From Rhodosorus marinus CCMP1338 (taxonomy: Eukaryota; Plantae; Rhodophyta), in the NCBI GenBank assembly GCA_029953675.1, contig JAMWBK010000011.1, positions 1,054,001 to 1,118,000 on the forward strand: a stretch of DNA of 64,000 nucleotides. Reading direction: 5' to 3'. This document shows, piece after piece, positions 23,701 to 35,239 of the stretch; the stretch's first letter is position 1, and the number at the start of each line of letters is the position of its first letter. Under the pieces are notes generated by a model. The model had not been told where the DNA came from, ran no database searches, and was given only the letters and a program-made list of their open reading frames with translations. A program made the translations under genes and the position numbers.

Positions 23701-23803
23701 ACAAGGATATTGCTACTGCGACTGTTTCTTGGCGTCGCTCTATGACGACAGTCGAGGGTCCATGCTGGCCGAGGATCGTCGCCGCTGAAAAAAATTTTAT
23801 CCG

Positions 23804-23891
23804 TGCCGTGAGCTGGGATCGAACCGGCGACCTTGAGTCTTTATCTCTGTCGGGCTGCAGACTTCTGTTGCTCCCATTATTAGTCGACCGC
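23804..23891 (-). pseudogene. Degenerate intron-containing tRNA gene (Phe-like 3' half, GCA at the anticodon position), probably a pseudogene
   Basis: Minus strand: B-box GGTTCGATCCC, variable loop AGGTC, 3' acceptor TCACGGC plus discriminator A, and a T7 run 9 nt downstream. Loop CT-GCA-G is followed by a 15-nt insert (23840-23854) at the canonical 37/38 position. The 5' acceptor GCGGTCG sits at the canonical distance but pairs 5/7; the D arm and A-box are decayed. Confidence 0.6.
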
Positions 23892-24013
23892 ACGAAATCA
23901 AAATCTGACTTGTAGGTTTGGAGTAGTTCACAGTGAACGGAAGTAAAACTATGATCGAAAGGATGCTGACAACGTCAAAATGCCTTGCTTCAAAAGCGTA
24001 TGTTACAGTATAA

Positions 24014-24019
24014 TTTATT
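24014..24019 (-). promoter_or_regulatory. Candidate polyadenylation signal (AATAAA) of gene 3
   Basis: tttatt on + strand, 44 nt downstream of the stop. Confidence 0.4.
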
Positions 24020-24062
24020 ATTCAGGATCAGGGAGACTATACAGCGGATCACTTTCGGATCA

Positions 24063-26996
24063 TTATGCTCGCCAGACTGAGCAGTAGTCGATGACACATG
24101 GTTTACTACCCGTCGCCTCAACTGTAAAGTTGTGTTGCGTTCCGATGGAGTTGAACGTCACTTGCCTGAACCCCCATTTGCCTCGACCAATCGTTTCCAC
24201 TCGTTCGCCCTCGCTTTCACTGACCCGCGTACCCAGTCTCACCACGGACATAGAGAGCCGACAAGATTCCGCCATGTAACAACGAAATCGGTAGGTCCTG
24301 CCCTTGATAAGTCCCACCTTTTGTCTCGCTCGAGATCCTGAATATAACTCCAGCGATCTGTAGTCGTGGAGAGCATTATCGGCTCTAAAACGATAGCCTC
24401 TGTCAATCTTCCACCCGAACGTTCTCTCACTGCGTTGCTCCTCAAAGCTCGGATTGACAAACAGCTGTCCCCTTTCGACTATTCCTGGCGGGTACCACCG
24501 GGGCAGTTTCGCGGGTGGGCTGACTTTCTCAGGCCCAATTCCTGATGGAATCTGATCAGACCTGTGAAGTGTACAGAGGTGTACCATCACGCCTCCATTT
24601 TGCAAACTTGGATTTCCACCATTGTCCCTGTTCAGTCGCACTTCGTAGAATCCCTTCTGTTCGATGCGGAAGTCAAGTTGCATCTGCCTCCACTGCGTGT
24701 TGGGCACTACCGAGGACCGGCCAAAATTAGCCCCGTAGAAGGTGTCTCCAGTCCGTATGATCATATGAATCCGTCCTTTCATGAAACAGTGGAGTCTGTA
24801 GACGCTGTTTTCCCTCAAGTACACATCCTGATACGCACCCGAAGACTCGGCGTTCATCTCGAGCGCGTAGTCTCCGTATAAGAGATTCGGCATCTTCGTG
24901 TAGGATGTCCGACCAAAGCGCTTCCACGCACTGTTTTCCAAGGGCAGGAATGGTGGGTTCTTCAGGAGTTGCTCGCCATACGGGAACCTCCGGCGTCGAG
25001 ATACTGTACTTGAAGTCGTGCCGACACATCTAAAGGATTTGCCGCGGCCACCGAGTACACAGCATGATCGGCTGTCGCATCGATCAACCTCCAATGTAAC
25101 TGTACTGATCCATCCTCCGTCGTCCGGGTACTGTAGCGATACTTTGGGTCTCCCGACGCTGGTAAGCTGCCCCAGATCGAACGGAACGACAATGACGCCA
25201 AAGTACTTGTCGCCATAGTCTCGCTTAGGACCCGCCATTCGAGAGCTGAAGTTTGTCACTTGCTTGTCGTTAATCCAGACTTTAGGCTTAGCCACACTCG
25301 TCGGTCTCCTCGAGTGCGCTATTCTGATGTACGCCAAGCCATCTCTCCCCTGTGGGATATCTTCGAAAAACACGTTGTACTTCTCACCTCCGTCGATCTC
25401 GAACGGATATGAGTTGATAGTCCTTCCCTTGTTCGTCACATTGTCCATGTAGTGCCTGGTCCGCCGGACTGAGCCCCGCTCAACCAGCATTCTTGACAAC
25501 CTCAGCTCTAGCACTGTCATCGCACCTGCCTTGAGCTCCACCGTTTTCGGAATGGCGTTCAAAGTGGCGTTGGTCCACCTCAGATCTCCGCCTCGAAGGA
25601 GGTTTTGACTTCTATCTGCAGCCGTGAGTTTCCTTTGGTTCAGGTACAGCCTTCTGTGAACAACGCTCTCCACTGGAGGTTTTCCTCGAGGGAAACTAAG
25701 ATCCACATTAACCGAGCCGCTTGTTGCGAAATTTTGAAGCAACACATACGCCTTGAAAGCGTTTCCAACAGCATGTACTTTCACGTTTGCGTCGTCCGAA
25801 TACGAGTACACAAAGTCACCCTGCACCCCTTTGAGCAGCTCAAAGTAGTTGATCAACGGAGTCCACTTGACCTTGGCGTTTTCTCCATACCCTTCGACCA
25901 GAGCCCACGGGTAGCGGTGCCTTCCAGAGGCCTGCCGGCTGATCGGATCCAAAGTCAGGAAGTTTACATACTTGAGGAGATTATCGTGCGTCCTCAGCGA
26001 GCTCATGAATCCCCCAAAAGCATCCGAAAGGATCTTAAAATCTCTACCTCCCAATGGTGGTGCCGAGTAGATCCCACCGTTGTCGTCGTACCAAGTTTTG
26101 TCGTAGTCTCCGGATTCGGTGACCATGTATGGAAGGATCTTCTTGCGGCCGCTGGTCTTGTAAGTGTACGTCTCAATGAGGTCGAGATTAGCATCCTGAA
26201 CTGCACCACCAGAGCCGTAGAGATGCTCGGAGATGAAGTTGATGCACCCGGCCCGGCGTGCGCTGTCCAAAAAAGTCTTCATTCGTTTCCTGAAGTTGTC
26301 GAAGTTGCTGAGATGGGGTCTGGCACTGGATGCTGCTGGACCTCCAGCCATAACTTCCGGGTTTGACCTTGTGATCGCGGTGCACATTCTTCCGCAGATG
26401 TTCCCGATTCGGCTCACGACGGACTCCTCGCTCTCCGTGTTTGAGGTGCGGAACGACTTCCACTTTACCATCGGCTCGTTGAAGCACTCGGCGTACCGCG
26501 GCTTCGGGTATCCTCTATTTTCGTCGAAGAAGTACCTGAAGAAATCTGCCGCGAAGTTTGCGCCAGCATTGATCTTGGCGTTGCTTCCCTGCACAAGGTT
26601 CAACCTCTGGGCAATGTCGACCACAACCCGTTCCTCCGTTATCATCCTCTTCCGAAGTGGATCGCACCAGTCACAGTCAACCTTGTCGATGTTCTTCTGG
26701 CCTTCCGAACGGACCTGACCTGTCCTGCTGGGGAAAATCTTCTGCGATAGCGGACCGTTGTTCGATCTCCCGAAAAACACTCCGAGCTCCTCCACGATGT
26801 ACTCCATCAATGCTCTCGCGTTTGCGGGCGCCTGAAAATCTCCATGAGCGTTGACAAAACGCTCCCTATCGAACTGACGCTTTCCATTGGTGTACAGGGT
26901 ACTCCCGAAATCCAAGTTAACTTTGGCACAGTCCGAAGCCCTGAAAAGAACCAGGGCCAAGACGGCAACAGCCCCCCAGCTCCTCAACCCAAGCAT
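24063..26996 (-). CDS. Gene 3: secreted GH86-like hydrolase with one A-B module pair, 977 aa
   Basis: ATG start, signal peptide, CFNEP and MVTESG, DANLDLIETY, Cys linker C-x4-CC, modules A (NPPF..W) and B (NPSFE). Confidence 0.9.
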   Translation of the reverse strand: MLGLRSWGAVAVLALVLFRASDCAKVNLDFGSTLYTNGKRQFDRERFVNAHGDFQAPANARALMEYIVEELGVFFGRSNNGPLSQKIFPSRTGQVRSEGQKNIDKVDCDWCDPLRKRMITEERVVVDIAQRLNLVQGSNAKINAGANFAADFFRYFFDENRGYPKPRYAECFNEPMVKWKSFRTSNTESEESVVSRIGNICGRMCTAITRSNPEVMAGGPAASSARPHLSNFDNFRKRMKTFLDSARRAGCINFISEHLYGSGGAVQDANLDLIETYTYKTSGRKKILPYMVTESGDYDKTWYDDNGGIYSAPPLGGRDFKILSDAFGGFMSSLRTHDNLLKYVNFLTLDPISRQASGRHRYPWALVEGYGENAKVKWTPLINYFELLKGVQGDFVYSYSDDANVKVHAVGNAFKAYVLLQNFATSGSVNVDLSFPRGKPPVESVVHRRLYLNQRKLTAADRSQNLLRGGDLRWTNATLNAIPKTVELKAGAMTVLELRLSRMLVERGSVRRTRHYMDNVTNKGRTINSYPFEIDGGEKYNVFFEDIPQGRDGLAYIRIAHSRRPTSVAKPKVWINDKQVTNFSSRMAGPKRDYGDKYFGVIVVPFDLGQLTSVGRPKVSLQYPDDGGWISTVTLEVDRCDSRSCCVLGGRGKSFRCVGTTSSTVSRRRRFPYGEQLLKNPPFLPLENSAWKRFGRTSYTKMPNLLYGDYALEMNAESSGAYQDVYLRENSVYRLHCFMKGRIHMIIRTGDTFYGANFGRSSVVPNTQWRQMQLDFRIEQKGFYEVRLNRDNGGNPSLQNGGVMVHLCTLHRSDQIPSGIGPEKVSPPAKLPRWYPPGIVERGQLFVNPSFEEQRSERTFGWKIDRGYRFRADNALHDYRSLELYSGSRARQKVGLIKGRTYRFRCYMAESCRLSMSVVRLGTRVSESEGERVETIGRGKWGFRQVTFNSIGTQHNFTVEATGSKPCVIDYCSVWRA

Positions 26997-27107
26997 TATG
27001 CCGAGTTCCTGACATTCACAAACACAAGGTGTAGGTCATCCCAGATTTCTCAGCAGTCCCTGAGCATTCTCCTTTCCCCTTCCGCCCTGCGCATGTCAGA
27101 TAGCGGT

Positions 27108-27118
27108 CGTCCTTTATA
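27108..27118 (-). promoter_or_regulatory. Candidate TATA box of gene 3 (TATAAAGGACG)
   Basis: ~115 nt upstream of the ATG. A near-identical CATAAAAGGACG lies ~105 nt upstream of the sister gene 4. Confidence 0.4.
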
Positions 27119-29779
27119 CACCTGACGGCGTATTGCGCTATCGCAATTCGACTTAGAGACAACTTGCATATCGAGATTATAAGATTCAACCCCACCTCTC
27201 CGCGCGCAGAAAGTTTCTCCTTTTTCGCAACGGAAATAATGTAAACGTGGTCGGAAGAGCATTCATTTGGTCGATAAAAAACATCGAAATTGGGAGATGG
27301 AAAGGGGATTTTCAGGCAGCCATGTGTCCGAACCATCTTCCTAACCACCCCCATCCGTTTCTGGGCCCCACGTCTTCCTCAGGACTTGAGAACGAAAATG
27401 GATCCAAATCTTGTGCTTGTATTTCGTCATAATCAGAAAACTGAAATCGCGTCACCCCTACCGGCTGAAGGAAGAGAGGGGGGGTAGGAGGTGTGGGGTG
27501 GTCCCTCCATATGGGATTGAGCTTGAAAGAGTTCAGCCAGTGAGGGGAACGGACGAGATGTCGTGGCCATGATCTGGATGTTCGGTGAGCAGGTTAAAAC
27601 AGTCATCACCGAGTCTATTCACTCATTTGCCTTTGATTAAAGATCTTCATGGTTTGATCTACTCCCAGACTGTTCGTGGAAAACCCCTAAACGGCGGTGG
27701 GTTCTTGCTGCCGTTTCTCGGGTCAACACGTTTCATGAGAGGTAGGATTCTGGTGACTTAATGGTTTTTCTTCGGGAGCTCGCGGAATTATTTTTGGACG
27801 GATTTGTGATATTCTTTTTTTGAATTTTTTGGAGTGTGATTTTGTTTTTGTTTTGAAGCTAAACTTTTGCTCAAAAAAAAAATGAACGCCCGAAAATTCC
27901 ATGGACAGTTTTTTTGTTCCAAATTTCTGAAATGATTAGGTTGCTTCCAAAACAATTAAAATAAATATTAAGAAAGGAGCCAGAATTGAAAAATAGAGAC
28001 GAACACTATCATTTCTTCTATTTTTTTTTACTGAACAAAAGGGCCCAGCAAATTGCAAATTAAAATCTGCCTTTTTCTGCGAACATTGGAACACTAAAAA
28101 AAGTCCCCCTAGGACAAAATTTCAACGAATTGATTGCCGAGATGGATTTTCCCATACGTCGTTGGAATTGTTCAATTTCCAGGAAAACAATCGCAAATCT
28201 GAAATTGAGGCTCAATCCTGCGAATCCTTCCCAACTTTTTACCTGACTTTCAGCTGTCCGGACAACAAACTGCTTCCAAAACAAAATGTCGTGAAGCCGA
28301 ATTTTCACGTACCCACCAGTTTCATGTCGCCTCGTTGGAGACTTGTTCCTTAGCCTTCCACGCCCCACGATGCAACCTAACCGAACTGATGACGCGAGTG
28401 GTCTTCTTTTTTCAATATTACAAATATATAGAACTGGTTTCAAGGAATAAACAATTACGCTGGTAGGAATATTTGACTAAACGTGTATGCATACGTGTTT
28501 TTTAGTGGAAATTCACAATTGTACCCTTTAAAAGTATGTGGAGGGAATTATTGGTTTTCGAGGTTCGTTTATGGGCCTATGAAGTTCGTTTATTACTCGG
28601 GTTGGATGTTATATATTTGCTTTTCAATATAATTATTTATGTTTTTTAAAATATATTCACCGTCCAATATTTGTGGGTGATCTATTGGTGGAGATCCTCG
28701 TCTTCAGTGAGTCTTGTCGCGACTGATGTTGTACGAAATCTGGATTAGATTCGGGACATATTTTGCACGATCGACTAGATTTTGAGCGGTGCATGGATCT
28801 ATCTCTACCGTGTTACGACTTCGTTCGCCGGCGCCGAGTTCCATCGCGGAAGGGTTGTCGCTCGTAGGGTGTGCTTGACAAGAATCTAGCCTGTAGCGCT
28901 GATCTCCCAAGTGCAATGAGGTGGGTCATGTTATGATTGAGTGTGTGTACTAGCAGGAGAAAGGATAGGTATGACGGTGCCGGAAGGATAGGGACTGATC
29001 TAGAACTCGGGTTGTTGATCTTGTCGGTAGACAATGACTGAGCCGTTCATTTTCAATTGGGAGGATCGCAATTGGAATCCAATCGGTTTTGAGAAGCTGC
29101 TGTACTTGAACTAGGGCGTATACTGAGCATAGACGTGGACAACCCCAGTCGCGACGGAGAGAGTTTGTCTACGTTAGCACAGGTTTACGGACACCGAAGC
29201 GTACGCTGTTCTTCGTTAAATGAAGTAGGTGCAATCTGCTTGGAGTAATATTTATAACCAATTCAGTTTTTGAAGCGCCTCGTGTGAGGTCTGAGATGGA
29301 AGGAAAACATTTCTTCGGAGACCGGAAAAAAACAAAAGAACAGAAATCACGAGGAAAAATAGATCTGCCAACAGGTGAAGCTCACTCGCACTCAGAGAGA
29401 AAGTTGCTTTGCGGGACGAAAAAAAACACACGTGACGCGTGTTGCGGTAGCTAAACCCCTTTAGCAAAAAGCGAAAAAAAAAGGCCTTGCACGGGACAGA
29501 ACTACTCCATGGCCTGCGATGAGTGTGCTCGAACCGAAAAGAGTGCTCTGTGCAAAAAGTATTATGATACGCGTGCAGTCTCGACAGCAAATTGAAAGGG
29601 GAAGATGATCATGGGAGCCACAAGTATCGGGAGATAATGCTTGTGGAGGTGCTGACCACGTTTTTCTCCTTTTGCAAACAAGACATATATCCGGGCACGC
29701 AACGTTCAAGCCACCGGTAGGCGACGCAGTACGACAGTCGTATCTTGCAAATGTTAGAGCCTTATGGACAAGGATACAG

Positions 29780-30540
29780 CTTCCTCCTTAGCTTCAAGAG
29801 ACCAAGTTCCGCCTGTGAGCCAAGTCAACAGGCCACTTACGCTGGGCATGAGCAATATGCTGATTCATGGCGAGGTATAATTGGTTTACGTGAGGAGAAA
29901 ATTATATAACAAAGCGTTTCTTATCCACATGGTCGCATTTCATTGGATGAAGCTTCGTATATTTCGTACAAATATTAAAAAATGGTACATTAAGGAATTC
30001 GCTGCTCAAGGCGAGGTACCCCAGCTGTATATGGGTTTTGTACAAAACGGATGCAGTCACTCACCGCAGCACTTCATCCATTGCGCTGGAGAGATGCTAA
30101 GTACCCTGGGCCGAAGAGACTCACCTTCGCTCGCAATTCAAGATGTTCGCGCTTCGGCGAATTTTTATGGGCCCTTCTTAACCGACTTCATCTAATTTCT
30201 CGGAAACGGCTATTAACACGCACAGAAACATGGTGTTCTGAAAGCACCTAGGCGTACCCGTTGATTCACGTCAGCGGGGTGCATACAGTCCTCAATCGGA
30301 AAGCTAAATCTGAGCTCAAGGATTTCGGCAGTTTCTCCCCACCTCTTGAATCAGTACATCCAATGATGAATTCAACCATCACCACTCTCGAGGTTCGCTT
30401 CTACTAATGCCCAAGCTAGTTTCCTAACAGTTCGGGACGGACGGCTGCGAGAGAAACTACAAGTCCAGAGAATCTTCTGCTCGTGTATAACCTACTCACC
30501 CAAGTGGAAAAGCTCGTCCGATGTGGCTGTACTATGCGCC
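29780..30540 (+). mobile_element. Degenerate Ty3/gypsy LTR-retrotransposon pol fragment (RT / RNase H)
   Basis: Motif remnants in gypsy order across frameshifts and stops: DSWRGIIGLR (DGSWR..DYR), KAFLIHM..IFRT, QDVRASANFYGPFLTDF (DVRSFLG.ANFY.RFI.DF), VRFY*...ENLLLVYNLL (AFYS..ELLAIV.AL). The YxDD region is absent. By-eye match only. Confidence 0.4.
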
Positions 30541-32163
30541 GGAGAAAGCCGTTCTCGAAACTAATCAACAACCAGTCAAGACAAATACGTCAAAACACCA
30601 AAAACTAAAAAACACCAAAAAACCCAAATCGGTTGCAGTAGAATGAACAAAAACGTCTTTTGGTCATTGCGCAGTTAGCTAAACTTATTTCTCACAAACA
30701 AAAAAAAAAACGACAGTCCCTTCATCCTATAGGACCAAAGAACCAGCGAAAAAAGGCATATTTTGGTCTTTTCGCTCGTCGCAGTGGCTCCAGACCGATG
30801 CAACATACTCTGCTAATTGACTTCTTCTCATTCGGAGAAGACAACGACCCTCTTCCCCGATGCAACCTTAAACAATTCACTTTCTATTATATTCCATAAA
30901 CTTTTATGCACCCATTTCTTCTGGGCCAAATTTAAGACCAATGTTCCCTTTCCACGCCTCTAAGGCCAATTGTTTCCCAGTGGTCGTCCATCTCGCCATG
31001 GCACAAAAAAATAACAAAACTACATGTTTCCAATTTTTGCCAAATAATCAAAGTACGTTCGTAAAAAGTCTTCTGTCAGCTAGTGACGTATGTCGCGTTC
31101 AACTACTTTTCAGCAGAGCAAAGACGGTGTTTCCCCGTCGGATGGAAGATCTGAAATTAATATTCCAATTAAATTTTACCACCTCTCTAGAAAAGATTCA
31201 TTTTCCATACAAAATAGAACAGCATTAAATATATAATTTCAATAATAAAAAAGAGTCCGTTGTAATATTGATTTACAAAAACAATTGGGCGAAGCGTGGA
31301 GACTTGTGCTTCAAAGTTGAGGAGGCTTCAGGAGTGTCCACGGTGGAGCTTCGTCATTGACAGCATTAACGTGGCTAAGGATCGCGAAGGTGAAAATGCA
31401 TCGGATGCTATTCGAAAGGAGTTCTTCGGAAAGAGAGTGGCTTGATGTTGTAACCTGTTTTGGGATCCCGTTGTCCTAGAATTCGGATCCATATCTGACC
31501 ATCACTGGACTGGCGTTTGGAGCGCTGACTGTCTTCCTGTCCGCAGAGTATAGTCGAAGTTGAGGGAAAGGCCACACTTTGACGAAGTTCCCAAGGTTGG
31601 GGTGTTCCGTGCCTTGTGAAAGTCAGGATTGTCTGATCATGACATGGCAAGTGTCCGTGCACCAACTGATATCCAGTCAGACGCCCAAAGGCGTGGTGAG
31701 GGAGCAGCCATATAATATCACCAGAAAATATCGACGCTAAATGGAGATCATGCCGAGCCCTCGGCGAGGTGCAAGTTCAACCACTCAAAACTTTCAACGT
31801 GGAAGATTTTCTGAGCTCGGAATACCCTCCGCTAGAGCGCCGCGGAGCGTCCACGGGAACATACAGCACTGTCACATCTGGCGAACGTACCGATAGGGCG
31901 TTGTTCTAGCATTCTCCTTGTTGCGGACTCGGGTTCTTGAGATTGTGGGTTAGTGCCTTTAGTACTCAAACCCGTCCTCGCGATTTACGAAGCGTTCGTA
32001 CAAGTACTTGACTAACAGCTATCCAGTCATTACAAACAGTAGGCGAATGCGCTAGTGACGATGGCCGCGTCGTGCGTCACCTCCAAGTCGACTCCTGGTG
32101 TGAGTTCGAGTGCTAGGAGGCTGACAAGGACGGCGATTGGATATAGGATCAGTTGATAGTTGT

Positions 32164-32169
32164 TTTATT
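32164..32169 (-). promoter_or_regulatory. Candidate polyadenylation signal (AATAAA) of gene 4
   Basis: tttatt on + strand, 25 nt downstream of the stop. Confidence 0.4.
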
Positions 32170-32193
32170 TAACAAATGCTATGAAAAGTGCTT

Positions 32194-35142
32194 TCAGATC
32201 GCCTTGTATAATGTGCAGTAGTCGATAATAGTTGGTGTGGCTCCGTTTGCTACAGCGGTGAAGTTGTGCTGCGTTCCAATCGCCTTGAACGTAACCTGTT
32301 TGTACCCCCAGTTGCCATATCCGATGCTCTGAACGTGCTCGTCATTATTCTCAGCGACCAAAGTATCCAACCTCACCACCGAGAGCCCAAGTGAACCCTC
32401 TTCAGTCAAGTAGCACCGGAAGTTGTAGTCCACCCCCTTGACGAGCTTCACTTTCTGCGTAACTATAGACCCGGACTCCAGTTCCAGGGCTCGGTGGTCG
32501 TGGAGTGGCATATCAGCTCTGAAACGGTGGCTCTGCTCAATTGTCCATCCGAACTTGTTTGCGCTCGTTGCCTCCTCAAAGCTCGGATTGATGAACTTCT
32601 CGCTCCCTCCGCTGGGCCTCGGCGGAGGTGTCCAGAGGGTCCTTTCCCGGGGAGGCTTGAACCCATCCGTTCCAATGGATCGCGGGACATTATCAGACCG
32701 GTGAATCGTACAGAGGTGAAGAAACACGCCGTTGTCCTGAACTGTCGGTTCTCCGTTATCGTCCCTCTCCAGTCTCACAGTGTAGAATCCAGCCTTTTCG
32801 ATGCGGAAGTCAAGCTCCGTGCTTCTCCACACAGTGTTCGGCACCGGTTGGGAGTTCCCATTCTTCGCCGCGTAGAAGGTTTGCCCGGACTCAATGATCA
32901 TATTAATCCGACCTCTGAGGAAGCAGTGAAGTCGGTACATACTACCCTCCCTCAAATAGACCGTCTGAGTAACACCCGCACCCTCGTTTTTCAGCTGCAG
33001 AGCACGATCTCCGTATAAGAGGACTGGGGAGTAGACGTTCCTGGTACCGCCGTAGGGTTTCCAAGCAGACGCGCCCTCTCTCCGATCAAATTCTGGATTC
33101 ACTATGATTTGCTCTCCGGACGGAACGTCCCTCCTTCTCGCCAAGACGTTTGCAATCCCAGATGAGCACTTGATATTCTCATCACGACCGCCCAGCAGGC
33201 AGCAGGATCGGCCATCGCACTGGTCGATCTCCAGGACGACGGTGCTGATCCACCCTCCCTCATCAGGGTACTGCAAAGTGACCTTGGGCTTGGAGACAGC
33301 TGTGAGCTTTTCCAGAGGGTACGGAATCACGAACGTGCCAAAGTACTTGTCGCCGTAGTCCCTCATTGGACTCCCCATCTTGGCACTGTATTCGGTCACG
33401 ATCTCGTCGTTGATCCATACGGTAGGTTTCTCGACCAAGTGCGGTTTCCTCGAGTGAGAAATCCTGACGTACGCCATCCCGTTCACACCCGTTGGAATGC
33501 GCCGAAAGTACACGTCGTAGGATTTCCCTGCCTGGATCGCGAAGGGTATCTCTTCAATTTTTTCGCCAAGGCTGGCGACACGATAACTGTAGTGTCTCGT
33601 TCTCTCCACAGCCCCACGCTCGATCACCATCTTCGTCATCTTGAACTCCAACACCGTCATGTCGCCGGCCATCATCTCAATGCTCTTCGGAACCGCCTCC
33701 AAGGTCTCGTTGCTCCACCTTAGTTTGCCCGCGCGCGTAAGACCTTGTGCCTTGTCTGCTGGATATAGGGTTCTCTCGTCGAGCGAAAGCTTTCTGTAGA
33801 CCACCTCCTCAACTTTGGGCGTTCCACGCGGGAATTTGAGCTCCACCGTCGTCGACCCGCTGGTGGCAAAGTTCTGAAGCAATACGTAGCCCTTGAAAGC
33901 ATCCGCAACGGCGTGGACCTTCACGAAGGCATCGTCGGAATAGGAATAGGTAAATTCGCCCTGGACACCCTTGAGAAGCTCAAAGTAGTCGATCAGAGGC
34001 GTCCACTTGACTTTGGCATCGTGTCCATACCCTTCCGTCAACGACCATGGGTATCGATGCTCTCCAGACGCCTGCCTGCTGATCGGGTCCAGCGTGAGGA
34101 AGTTGACGTACTTGAGGAGGTTATCGTGAGTCCTCAGGGAGCTCATAAGCCCTCCAAACGCGTCTGAGAGAATTTTGAAGTCTCTTCCTCCTCGCGGTGG
34201 TGCCGAGTAGACTCCGTTGGTGTCGTTGTACCAGGTCTTGTGGTAGGCTCCGGCCTCGGTGACCATGTAGGGAAGGACCTCCCTCTTACGACCGCTGGTT
34301 TGGTACGTATAGGTCTCCATGAGGTCGAGGTTGGCATCCTGGATAGCACCTCCGGAGTTGTAGATGTGCTCTGATAGAAAGTTGACGCACCCAGCCTCTT
34401 TCGCGCTCTCCAGATACGCTCTCTGTCGAATTCTGAACATGTCAAAGTTTCTCAGATGTGGTGTCCCGTTCGATGCCGACGGTCCTCCAGCCATAACCTC
34501 TGGGTTGGTCTCGGTGATTGCGCTGCAGAACCTTCCACAGATGTTTCCAACTCGTCGCACAACAGATTCCTCCGTCTCCTGGTTGTTGCGGCGCAGCGAC
34601 TTCCACTTGACCATGGGCTCGTTGAAGCACTCTGCGTAGCGAGGCTTTGGGAGACCCTTCGACTCGTCGAAGAAGTACTGGAAATAATCGGCCGCGAAGC
34701 TCGCTCCGAGCTCAATCTTTTCCTCGCTGTTGTGCACAAGCTTGATCTTGTCGGCAACATCGACCACCACTCGCTCGCGAGTGATCATTCTCTTCCGAAG
34801 CTCATCACAACCACGATCGCACACAACCGATTCCACGTTCTTGGCGCCCTCCTCGACAACCTTCTTGACGTTGTAGGGGAATATCTTCTCCGAGATTGGA
34901 CCATCGTTGGATCTTCCGAAATGTACCCCAAGTTCTTCAACGAGATATTCCATCAAATGGATGGCGTTTTTTGGTGCCTTAAAGTCCCCATGGGCGTTGA
35001 CGAATCGCTGCCTACTAAAATCCCGCTTCCCATTCGTATTCAACGTGCTCGAAAAGTCAACCGTAACTTTCACACCGAGTGTAGCCCTGCACAACAGCAG
35101 AGCTACAATGACATACACTCTCCAGTTCGTAAAGTAAGACAT
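32194..35142 (-). CDS. Gene 4: secreted GH86-like hydrolase with one A-B module pair, 982 aa
   Basis: ATG start, signal peptide, CFNEP and MVTEAG. Most similar to gene 3 (shared SRQASG.HRYPW and VQN(G/A)FATSGS-type segments). Confidence 0.9.
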   Translation of the reverse strand: MSYFTNWRVYVIVALLLCRATLGVKVTVDFSSTLNTNGKRDFSRQRFVNAHGDFKAPKNAIHLMEYLVEELGVHFGRSNDGPISEKIFPYNVKKVVEEGAKNVESVVCDRGCDELRKRMITRERVVVDVADKIKLVHNSEEKIELGASFAADYFQYFFDESKGLPKPRYAECFNEPMVKWKSLRRNNQETEESVVRRVGNICGRFCSAITETNPEVMAGGPSASNGTPHLRNFDMFRIRQRAYLESAKEAGCVNFLSEHIYNSGGAIQDANLDLMETYTYQTSGRKREVLPYMVTEAGAYHKTWYNDTNGVYSAPPRGGRDFKILSDAFGGLMSSLRTHDNLLKYVNFLTLDPISRQASGEHRYPWSLTEGYGHDAKVKWTPLIDYFELLKGVQGEFTYSYSDDAFVKVHAVADAFKGYVLLQNFATSGSTTVELKFPRGTPKVEEVVYRKLSLDERTLYPADKAQGLTRAGKLRWSNETLEAVPKSIEMMAGDMTVLEFKMTKMVIERGAVERTRHYSYRVASLGEKIEEIPFAIQAGKSYDVYFRRIPTGVNGMAYVRISHSRKPHLVEKPTVWINDEIVTEYSAKMGSPMRDYGDKYFGTFVIPYPLEKLTAVSKPKVTLQYPDEGGWISTVVLEIDQCDGRSCCLLGGRDENIKCSSGIANVLARRRDVPSGEQIIVNPEFDRREGASAWKPYGGTRNVYSPVLLYGDRALQLKNEGAGVTQTVYLREGSMYRLHCFLRGRINMIIESGQTFYAAKNGNSQPVPNTVWRSTELDFRIEKAGFYTVRLERDDNGEPTVQDNGVFLHLCTIHRSDNVPRSIGTDGFKPPRERTLWTPPPRPSGGSEKFINPSFEEATSANKFGWTIEQSHRFRADMPLHDHRALELESGSIVTQKVKLVKGVDYNFRCYLTEEGSLGLSVVRLDTLVAENNDEHVQSIGYGNWGYKQVTFKAIGTQHNFTAVANGATPTIIDYCTLYKAI

Positions 35143-35239
35143 TCTGCTCTAGTGTTCTTCCTACAAACTCGCAGTATGACTCCTTCTGTTGTCCTTGTAG
35201 TCAAGAATACGACCATCTCCTCCAGAAGTCATCCGGGCC

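Noticed and set aside
23843-23850. ACAGAGA (U6 snRNA box) on the minus strand
   Set aside because: Lies inside the putative tRNA intron; no other U6 sequence is present.
28320-30900. Possible LTR pair around the gypsy relic (shared cgatgcaacct at ~28368 and ~30858)
   Set aside because: Similarity is limited to ~12-15 nt; no TG...CA ends, PBS or PPT could be found by eye.
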